From assembly GCA_018715925.1 (NCBI GenBank), contig DVKQ01000002.1, forward strand, positions 1 to 44,868: a stretch of 44,868 nt of DNA, read 5' to 3'. The translations under genes were made by a program, and so were the position numbers. A model generated the notes under the pieces. The model worked only from the letters and a program-made list of their open reading frames with translations, was not told where the DNA came from and did no database searches. Below, one piece after another: positions 25,488 through 33,172 of this stretch (the first letter of the stretch is position 1; each line of letters starts with the position of its first letter). This DNA is from Candidatus Onthousia faecipullorum (GTDB lineage: Bacteria > Bacillota_I > Bacilli_A > RF39 > UBA660).

Positions 25488-26624
25488 AAGGCAAATACTA
25501 TTAATACAAATGGTACTCATGAAAGACAAGAAAGATATGCTAGTCAAATCGTTAAATTAATGAGACCATACTTCAGAATTAGAAGTACATTTTCAAGAGA
25601 TTACGAAGGTAATCCAACAGCTGGAGCAGTTAAAGTCCCAGTAAGAAACATGGACGTAAATGTTCGTGATTACGATATTAAAAATGGTTTAGCATTAGAA
25701 CAAAGTGCTACAAACTATCTAAATATCCCTATCAATTTTAATAAAGGTATTAATGAGTTAATTGATGGATATGAAGCAGCAGCAGTTCCTGATAACTTAA
25801 TGGCTCAAAGAATGGAGAGCGCAGCTTATTCTTTAGCTAAAACATTTGAGGAAGATGCTATTAACGCATTAGTAAGTAATTCTACAGTATCTACTCAACC
25901 AGATGGAACTGTAGATAATATTTATATGAATATCGTTAAAGATATTGCTCAATTAGCTAAACGTGGTGTAGATAAGAATAGAATGTATGTTGCTGTATCT
26001 TACGCAACTGAAGCTTTATTACTTGCTAACCCAGTATATGCTAATACTTCATCACAAATTGGTGCAGAATTAGCTAGAAATGGTATTGTTAACAGAATAA
26101 ACGGTGTTAACATCATTACTCAAGACTTGGGAGAGACAGAAGACGGACAAGCAATTGAATATATTGTTTACGGTATTGACTGGACTCAAGCTATTGACGA
26201 GTGGATGGTTAACCCTGTTGTTGTTGACTTAACTACCGGTTCAAGCGAATATATTGGTGCTAGTGCATTAAAAGGACGTATGGTTTATGCTGATGCTGTA
26301 ACTGATAAAAACGCAGTTATTGTTAAGGCTAAAGTTGGTGTATCTGCAGTAGAAATTACACCAGTTGCTGGTTTATCTGGAACTTTAGCAGATTCTACTA
26401 AAGTAGCAGATTTAGCAAGTGTTGGTGGTAGTGGAACTGTAACTTATGCATTGCCTACTGGTGTAGCTGACAACGATAAATTTGAAATTAGTACTAACAC
26501 AGTAGTAACTAAAGACGGAACTACTGGAGCAGGTACTTATACTATCGTAGTTAATGCTACTGATACAGCTGATAATGAAGCTTCAGCAACTGCAACTATT
26601 AACGTAGCAGAAGCTAGTGAATAA
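25488..26624 (+). CDS. major capsid protein with C-terminal Ig-like decoration domain; proposed AAG start at 25488, first ATG at 25560
   Basis: Position after the scaffold, size and composition fit a capsid protein. The C-terminal ~90 aa (VTYALPTGV..FEISTNTVVTK..AGTYTIVVNATD) is Ig-like. The frame is open from the AAG after GAAGGAGAGTGAT-TTAA. Confidence 0.75.
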   Translation, partial: KANTINTNGTHERQERYASQIVKLMRPYFRIRSTFSRDYEGNPTAGAVKVPVRNMDVNVRDYDIKNGLALEQSATNYLNIPINFNKGINELIDGYEAAAVPDNLMAQRMESAAYSLAKTFEEDAINALVSNSTVSTQPDGTVDNIYMNIVKDIAQLAKRGVDKNRMYVAVSYATEALLLANPVYANTSSQIGAELARNGIVNRINGVNIITQDLGETEDGQAIEYIVYGIDWTQAIDEWMVNPVVVDLTTGSSEYIGASALKGRMVYADAVTDKNAVIVKAKVGVSAVEITPVAGLSGTLADSTKVADLASVGGSGTVTYALPTGVADNDKFEISTNTVVTKDGTTGAGTYTIVVNATDTADNEASATATINVAEASE

Positions 26625-26644
26625 GGTTAGAAAGGAGTTAGATT

Positions 26645-27007
26645 ATGGTTACAAAGGAAGAATATGAAGAATACTTTGGGCAGTCTGCTCCTTCTAATTT
26701 TTCAAGATTAGAATTTATTAGTTTGAATACAATTAAATCTATAATTACAAGACCTGTTCCTAAAGAGTCTTGTCCTTTTTATGAAGACTTTAAAAAGGCT
26801 ATTTTGGAACAAATTAATTATTATGATTTAAATTCAGACTTGATTACTAGTTCATCTTCTGGAAGTTATACGTTAGGTAGCTATTCAGAGGGCGGAAGTA
26901 GTGAAATAGAAACATCTAAAAGCATATCTAGGTTAAGTCCAGTTGCTTATGAAATATTACTAAATTGTGGACTTTTACAAAGTCAAATAGGAGGTTGTTG
27001 CTTATGA
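26645..27007 (+). CDS. putative head-tail connector protein
   Basis: Called from position in the neck module. SD is GAAAGGAG. Confidence 0.35.
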   Translation: MVTKEEYEEYFGQSAPSNFSRLEFISLNTIKSIITRPVPKESCPFYEDFKKAILEQINYYDLNSDLITSSSSGSYTLGSYSEGGSSEIETSKSISRLSPVAYEILLNCGLLQSQIGGCCL

Positions 27008-27162
27008 CAAAGTATAAAATGGGAGCAATTGTTAAAAATGTTCCAAAAGGCTCAGAAAAATGGTATAAACTTGCTGGTTGGAAGAAAATAGATTCTAAAA
27101 AGCAAGAAGCAAAGGAAGCTAAAGATGATAAAACCGATTCCGAAAAGACTACTACCACATAA
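27004..27162 (+). CDS. small basic/acidic 52-aa protein
   Basis: The ATG at 27004 lies behind AGGAGGTTG with an ATGA overlap. The track start at 26965 has no SD. Confidence 0.45.
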   Translation: MTKYKMGAIVKNVPKGSEKWYKLAGWKKIDSKKQEAKEAKDDKTDSEKTTTT

Positions 27163-27460
27163 TTGCACTTATAAAGAGTATTTAGGCAATACTGGAGAGG
27201 GTGATGAGTGGGGAGCAGATACTCCACTTAAATTTGTTAAAGTTGAAGAAAAAACACAGTTAAAAGTTACTTCAAACGGTCGTGAAATCGTTGGTAATGC
27301 TCGTTTATTTTACGATTTAACTAATTCTAGTGGTTTGTCTGATAAACCAGTTCAAAATAGCAAGATTATCTTTAAAGATAGAGAATATCGAGTAGTAGAT
27401 ACTGATGTTCTTTGTGGTGAAGAAGATAATCCTCATCACTACGAGGTAATGCTTAAGTGA
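27125..27460 (+). CDS. head-closure / minor capsid-type neck protein
   Basis: Position and size fit, and the C-terminal ..HHYEV.L is typical of head-tail adaptor families. Confidence 0.45.
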   Translation: MIKPIPKRLLPHNCTYKEYLGNTGEGDEWGADTPLKFVKVEEKTQLKVTSNGREIVGNARLFYDLTNSSGLSDKPVQNSKIIFKDREYRVVDTDVLCGEEDNPHHYEVMLK

Positions 27461-27807
27461 AAAAATTTAAAAATGCTAAAGATGCTTTTGAGTGGGCTAA
27501 AGAAGTTATCGAAAATGGTTGTGTAACAGCAGAAGAAGTAATTGCTGAAGAAATCTACAAAGATTCAAATGAGTTCACATATCGAGATACTGGAGATATG
27601 TATAAATCAGGAGAAATGCATAGTAGATTTAAAGAAGGCATAATTACTGAACGAACACCTTATGTAAGAAGAAGATATTACGAGGGTGGTAAAGCTGGAG
27701 CAGGAAATAGAAAAGCACAACCTAGATGGTTTGAAAAAACTGTTGCTAAAAATAAAGATAAATATTCTAAACAAGCTCAAAAAGTAATCGATATGCAGAA
27801 AGGATAA
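27457..27807 (+). CDS. neck / tail-completion protein
   Basis: GTG start follows GAGGT. Called from position in the neck module. Confidence 0.4.
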   Translation: MKKFKNAKDAFEWAKEVIENGCVTAEEVIAEEIYKDSNEFTYRDTGDMYKSGEMHSRFKEGIITERTPYVRRRYYEGGKAGAGNRKAQPRWFEKTVAKNKDKYSKQAQKVIDMQKG

Positions 27808-27808
27808 T

Positions 27809-28195
27809 ATGAATACAGAAAGTTTAATTACATTATTAAGAAATGAAATTGAAAAGACTGGTTATAAATGTTATTCGCCAGACTTACCTCAAAATCTTGA
27901 AAAAATAGTTGCTATTTCGTTAGGAGAAGGTACTAATGAACGTTCTTTAAATAAAGATATTCTATACTCTAGAATACCTTTTTATTTGCTTATTAGAGGC
28001 ACTTCTAATGATACAGAGACCAGAGGTATTGCTGATACTATTTTCAAGCAATTAGACCATAAAACAGACCTAGAAAATGACAATTTAAGAGTAATTTTAA
28101 TAAGTTGCAATATGCCAAACTATGCTTTTAGAGATGAAAATCAAAGAATACATTACAACATTAATTGTAATATTCAAGTCGAGTGGAAGGAGTGA
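27809..28195 (+). CDS. neck / tail-terminator-type protein
   Basis: Lies directly before the major tail gene. Confidence 0.4.
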   Translation: MNTESLITLLRNEIEKTGYKCYSPDLPQNLEKIVAISLGEGTNERSLNKDILYSRIPFYLLIRGTSNDTETRGIADTIFKQLDHKTDLENDNLRVILISCNMPNYAFRDENQRIHYNINCNIQVEWKE

Positions 28196-28200
28196 TTTAA

Positions 28201-28650
28201 AAGGCACAATACGAAAGTTCAGTTAAACAATTTAAAGTTCAATTTGATATTTCAGAGGAAGAACCAGCTGATTATCAAGATTTAATCGCTTTAACAATGT
28301 CATACGATCAAGGAGAAACCCTTGATACTTGGCAAGATTTATATAATTTCTTATCTAATAACGTAAAAACTGGATTAGACCCAACATGGTCAGTATCTGT
28401 TAAATTAGATAAATCAAGTCCAGTTTGTCAGTTTATTTTAGCTAAGGAATTTGCAGTAGGAGCAGAAGCAACTGCTAAATGTAAAATTATCAATTTACTT
28501 AAAGGTACAAGTGGTAAGCAAATAGACTTCACTGCTACTTTAAGTTCAATTACATACGAAGCTACTGCCGAAGAAGTATTACAAGTAGACTTTGACCTTA
28601 AAGTTTACGATAATTCTACATTTGAAGAAACAGACTATACAACAGGGTAG
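28201..28650 (+). CDS. major tail protein; proposed AAG start at 28201, first ATG at 28297
   Basis: It precedes the chaperone and tape-measure genes and has a strong downstream hairpin. The frame is open from the AAG after GGAAGGAGTGAT-TTAA. The ATG at 28297 has no SD and would give a truncated 117-aa product. Confidence 0.7.
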   Translation, partial: KAQYESSVKQFKVQFDISEEEPADYQDLIALTMSYDQGETLDTWQDLYNFLSNNVKTGLDPTWSVSVKLDKSSPVCQFILAKEFAVGAEATAKCKIINLLKGTSGKQIDFTATLSSITYEATAEEVLQVDFDLKVYDNSTFEETDYTTG

Positions 28651-28676
28651 GCTTTTAGTCTGCCCTTTATTTTTTT
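28645..28676 (+). terminator. terminator/attenuator hairpin after the major tail gene
   Basis: GGGTAGGC-TTTTA-GTCTGCCC (two G.U pairs) followed by TTTATTTTTTT. Confidence 0.55.
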
Positions 28677-28687
28677 AGGAGGATTAA

Positions 28688-29128
28688 ATGTTAAAAATTA
28701 CAAAAAATAAATATGAAATCGAAGAAACAATTCAAATTACAGAAAATAAAGAAGGAAAAGAAGAAGTTTTGCTAGAAATACCCATGCAAATAACATCTGA
28801 TGAATTATTAAAATTAAAAGAAATTTTATTTGGTTATACAAACAAAAATATATCAAAATATCAAAATTCAACTGATGAAGAAAAAAAACAACTAGAAAAT
28901 AATGCAGAAAAAGAAATAAATAATCATAATGAAGAAATAGCAGATATCTGTTTCAAAGATAATAAAGAAAAAATCAAAGAAATAGCTGGAGAATACAAGT
29001 ATGAAGAACTTCTTGGTGATATTAAGGGTTTTTTATTAGATTTTTTTATCAAAAAACAGATACAACCAATGAGTACAACGATTACAGACCTTACGAAGAT
29101 TATGAGCAACTTTCGTGCGTTGAAATAA
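28688..29128 (+). CDS. tail assembly chaperone (gpG-like, zero-frame product)
   Basis: Lies between the major tail and tape-measure genes. It is acidic and contains a slippery site near the 3' end. Confidence 0.65.
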   Translation: MLKITKNKYEIEETIQITENKEGKEEVLLEIPMQITSDELLKLKEILFGYTNKNISKYQNSTDEEKKQLENNAEKEINNHNEEIADICFKDNKEKIKEIAGEYKYEELLGDIKGFLLDFFIKKQIQPMSTTITDLTKIMSNFRALK

Positions 29129-29655
29129 ATGGCAAACAGTACAAATTAGATTTATCTTTTAGAAATGTTCTTAAAATTTTTAGATTATTTGAAAATAATT
29201 CGCCTTTCAAATTAGAAAAAACAGCAGAAATTCTAGGAATAAAACAATCAAATGCTTATGTGATAAATGAAATTGCTAATTATTTATTTGGAAAGAAAAA
29301 AGGTAATAGTCATAAAAAAGAAAAAGTATTTGATGTAAATTTAGACTATAAATACTATTATGCTGATTTTTATAAATTAGGTATTGACTTAAATAAAGCA
29401 GATATAGACTGGTGGACCTTTAATTCATTGCTTGAATCTATCATAATAGATGAAAATTCTACTATGTATAAAGTGATATCTTATCGCACTTATGAAAAAC
29501 CATCAAAAAATATAAAAGTTCAAGAAGAAAAAGAACATAAATTTAGAATGTCTATGAAAAGGAAATATGCTTTGCCAAATAGAATAACCCCAGATAAAGC
29601 ATTAGAAAAGCTATGGAACTATGTTGAAAAAAAGGCAGGTGAGAATAAAGAATGA
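28688..29655 (+). CDS. tail assembly chaperone -1 frameshift fusion (gpGT-like; Gp15-type C-terminal part)
   Basis: The -1 frame is open from 29026 to 29655 with no start codon before the GTG at 29260. VEINGKQYKLDLSFRNVLKI is coding-like. Slippery T_TTT_TTA lies at 29029 and T_TTT_TTT at 29041. Confidence 0.6.
29029..29035 (+). promoter_or_regulatory. candidate -1 programmed ribosomal frameshift heptamer (T TTT TTA)
   Basis: It has X_XXY_YYZ geometry in the zero frame of ORF 28688. The -1 frame opens at 29026. Confidence 0.5.
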
Positions 29656-31678
29656 TTACTTAAAACTTGATATTCAAATGTTTGCAGATGGCGAAATTTC
29701 TTACAAGATAACTCTTGATAGTAATGGTGCTATAAAGAGTATGGAAAAATTAGATAAAAATGCTGAAAAAATTGATAAGCAAAGTAATAAATTGAGTGGA
29801 ACTTTTTCAAAAGTAGGAAGTGTTGGTGCTAAAGCTTTTAGAAGTACTGCAATTGCTGTTGGAGGAGTAGCCTCTGCATTAGCCGGATTAATAGGTTATG
29901 GTGCTAAATTTAATGCAGAAATAGAGCAGTATCAAACATCGTTTGAAGTAATGACGGGTTCAGCTGAAGAAGCTTCTAAACTTGTTGAAGATTTAAAGAA
30001 AATGGGAGCAGAAACTCCTTTTGAATTGTCAGATTTAGCACAGACTACTCAACTATTGATGAACTATGGTTTTACAGCAGAAGAAGCCAAAAATAGATTG
30101 AAAATGTTAGGAGACATTTCTCAAGGCTCTGCTGATAAAATGAATAGAATTGCTATGGCTTACGGGCAAATGTCGTCAGCTGGTAAAGTTTCATTAGAGG
30201 ATGTTAAACAAATGATTGAAGCTGGATTTAATCCACTTCAAGAAATAAGTGAAACAACAGGTGAGTCTATGTCTAGCCTTTATGATAGAATTTCAAAAGG
30301 CACTTTGTCTATTGACGAAATTACTGCTTCAATGCAAAGGTCTACAGCAGAAGGTGGAAAGTACTTCCAGTCAATGGAAAAACAGTCACAAACTGTTAGT
30401 GGACAAATATCTACTTTGCAAGATAACTTTAAAAGTTTAGCGGGTACTTTGTCTAATGGATTTAGTGATTCACTAGCTACTGAAATATTACCCAAAATTA
30501 ACAATGTACTTCAAGAATTAAATACAACGTTTGAAGAAAATGGAATTGAAGGGTTTGTAGATAAACTTGGAGAAGAACTAGCAAATGGAATTACATCCAT
30601 AGCTAATAAAGCGCCTGATTTTGTAAATGTAGGTATTAAAGTAATTGATTCGCTAGTTAATGGTTTAGTCGATAATATGCCTGTTATTGCGAACGGGTTA
30701 GCAAAAGTAGCAGTAGAATTAGTGAATGGCATAATTAAAATAATGCCTACAATTGCTCAAGGGGTAATTACAGGTATACAAACACTATTGACTTCATTAA
30801 CACCACAGATACCAATTATAGTACAAAATCTGCTAGATGGAATTGTTCAAATAGCAACTTCTGTAGCTCAAGCATTCCCTACATTATTTCCTATGATTAT
30901 AGAAGCGATATTAGGGCTTATACCTGTTTTATTAGAGAATTTACCTCAATTTATACAAGCAGGAATTCAAATGACCATAGGTTTAATGAATGGTCTTATA
31001 AATGCAATCCCTACTTTACTAAATTCTTTGCCAGAAATAATAAGTGCTATAATTTCAGGTTTAATGGGTGCTATACCTCAGCTTATTATGTTAGGTCCAC
31101 AATTAGTTATTGGTTTGATTCAAGGATTATTAAATGCTCTTCCTAGTTTAATAACATTAGGACCTAAGTTAGTGTTAGGAATAGTAGATGGAATCATTGA
31201 TGGAATTTCTAATATGATTAATGTTGGTAAAGATTTAATTAAAGGATTATGGGATGGTATTACTGGCAGTCTTGACTGGATAAAGAAGAAAATTAAAGGT
31301 TGGGTTGGCAACGTCTTAGACTTTATTAAAGGTCTATTCGGTATACACTCTCCATCAACAGAATTTGCATACTTTGGTCGTATGAACGTCTTAGGTTTAG
31401 AAGAAGGCATGGAAGATAATATTCCTGATTTGAACAAGACTATTGATAGAACTATTGCTTATGAAGCAACAGGCTTAGATTATTTAGCAAACGGATTTGA
31501 TAACTATTCGGGAACCATTTCTAATGGTGTATTAGCAAATGCTAACTTTAATCAACCGATTTATGTAACAGTAAATGCTGATTTGGACGTTAATAAATTT
31601 GGTAAAGCATTTGTAAGAGATATCAAGACATTTAGTGGTGGAGCTAAAAATGCTTATAACTATGGTGGTGGTAAATAA
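29648..31678 (+). CDS. tape measure protein; start uncertain (ATG 29621 / GTG 29639 / AAG 29648 / ATG 29678)
   Basis: Long, helical and Gly/Ala/Ile-rich, with LDIQMFADG near the N-terminus. AGGTGAG-AATA-AAG at 29637-29650 has the same geometry as the other AAG sites. Confidence 0.75.
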   Translation, partial: KNDYLKLDIQMFADGEISYKITLDSNGAIKSMEKLDKNAEKIDKQSNKLSGTFSKVGSVGAKAFRSTAIAVGGVASALAGLIGYGAKFNAEIEQYQTSFEVMTGSAEEASKLVEDLKKMGAETPFELSDLAQTTQLLMNYGFTAEEAKNRLKMLGDISQGSADKMNRIAMAYGQMSSAGKVSLEDVKQMIEAGFNPLQEISETTGESMSSLYDRISKGTLSIDEITASMQRSTAEGGKYFQSMEKQSQTVSGQISTLQDNFKSLAGTLSNGFSDSLATEILPKINNVLQELNTTFEENGIEGFVDKLGEELANGITSIANKAPDFVNVGIKVIDSLVNGLVDNMPVIANGLAKVAVELVNGIIKIMPTIAQGVITGIQTLLTSLTPQIPIIVQNLLDGIVQIATSVAQAFPTLFPMIIEAILGLIPVLLENLPQFIQAGIQMTIGLMNGLINAIPTLLNSLPEIISAIISGLMGAIPQLIMLGPQLVIGLIQGLLNALPSLITLGPKLVLGIVDGIIDGISNMINVGKDLIKGLWDGITGSLDWIKKKIKGWVGNVLDFIKGLFGIHSPSTEFAYFGRMNVLGLEEGMEDNIPDLNKTIDRTIAYEATGLDYLANGFDNYSGTISNGVLANANFNQPIYVTVNADLDVNKFGKAFVRDIKTFSGGAKNAYNYGGGK

Positions 31679-33162
31679 TGTTTCAAATTTTTATCGATGA
31701 TGAAGAAGTTGTTTGCGATTCTAACTTCACTATAGAAGAAGAGTTTATGAATCCTTCTTCTATAGAATTAAGCCACGTTTACCCTAAGAGCTGGAAAGGG
31801 ACCAATAAACTATTAGAAGAGTATTATTTTCCAGAAGATTATTCTAAATGTAAGATTTTAAAAGATGGAGAACTATATTTTACTGGTATTGTAAAGAACA
31901 CTGCAGATATGGAATTAAATCCGTATAAGCCCCATTACTGTAGTGTTCAAATACTTGATCCTAGCACTTTATTAAGTGAAGGAACTACTCTTGATTATGT
32001 CATTGCAGATAAAACTGTCAGAGAGGCTATTACACAAGTAATTAGTAGTATCTCTGACTATGGTTTCGTTGAGGGCAATATAAATATACCAGATAGCGAA
32101 AATTCAGTCATAGGAGCCTATTCTACACTTGATAAGGCACCTTATGATGTATTCCAGTATTTATCACAGATAAGTGGTACTCGGTGGGGTACTCATATGG
32201 TTGATGAGAATACTACTGCAATTGATTTTTATAGTCCTGAATTATTAGAAAATTTGGGTACAATAGAAGTCACTAAAGAATATTGTACAACTAATAAGAT
32301 AGATGATATTACTTACGATTATTCAACTACTGATTATCGTAATAAGCAAATTATAACTTCAGACCAAGTATTTGCTAATATTTCCACTACTAATACAGTA
32401 ATTGCAAATGGTTATGACACTTCATTTGTGTTAGAGCAGTTGATAGGTAAAATAAATTCAACTGAAGTAGACGGTGTATCAAAAACTTTTGCTACTAAAG
32501 ATGAAAAAGAAATCGGTATAACAGCCGATTTTTATTATGAAGTAGCAAGTAATCAGTTAGAGTCTAACGATACTTATTCTGCAGGCTCTGAGATAACTAT
32601 TAACTATACTGCCATAGTTCAAGGTAGAGAAATCACTTATAATACTCCAGAAATTCAGAGAATTCAGAATAACTTAGGAAGAAATGGTACTATTTCACGT
32701 TATGAAAATAGAACTGATGTAACTAGTTCAAGCGAACTTCAGTCAGTTGGTAAAACCTATATTAAGTATAACGGTAATGCAGAATTAACTATAAACATTA
32801 CTGCTAGTACTGATTTCCTTAAATTAGGTGGCAAGTATCAGTTTAGTTCTCCTGTTACACACATAAATGGAGAGTATTTAGTTAAAACAAAAAATACTAA
32901 TGTTCTTCAAGCTGGCGATTTTATTCAAACAAGATATGAGTATGAATTAAGCAATAACTTCGATACAGAAAATGAGCTTAACTATTTCGATAACCAAAGA
33001 GCTAAAGCCAATGGTAACATCTCACAAGGCGAATATATAGCTCGTAATGTAGATATAGAAAATACAGCTAATATTATCTTTAGTAACTTGCAAATAACAG
33101 AGCTAGAGATAACTGGTAATAATACATTAGAAGCAGGCTTAGAAATGCCTTTAATAAGTTAG
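31678..33162 (+). CDS. distal tail protein (Dit-like) with extension domains
   Basis: Immediately follows the tape-measure gene with an ATGA-type overlap, and the size fits. Confidence 0.45.
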   Translation: MFQIFIDDEEVVCDSNFTIEEEFMNPSSIELSHVYPKSWKGTNKLLEEYYFPEDYSKCKILKDGELYFTGIVKNTADMELNPYKPHYCSVQILDPSTLLSEGTTLDYVIADKTVREAITQVISSISDYGFVEGNINIPDSENSVIGAYSTLDKAPYDVFQYLSQISGTRWGTHMVDENTTAIDFYSPELLENLGTIEVTKEYCTTNKIDDITYDYSTTDYRNKQIITSDQVFANISTTNTVIANGYDTSFVLEQLIGKINSTEVDGVSKTFATKDEKEIGITADFYYEVASNQLESNDTYSAGSEITINYTAIVQGREITYNTPEIQRIQNNLGRNGTISRYENRTDVTSSSELQSVGKTYIKYNGNAELTINITASTDFLKLGGKYQFSSPVTHINGEYLVKTKNTNVLQAGDFIQTRYEYELSNNFDTENELNYFDNQRAKANGNISQGEYIARNVDIENTANIIFSNLQITELEITGNNTLEAGLEMPLIS

Positions 33163-33172
33163 GAGGGTAACT

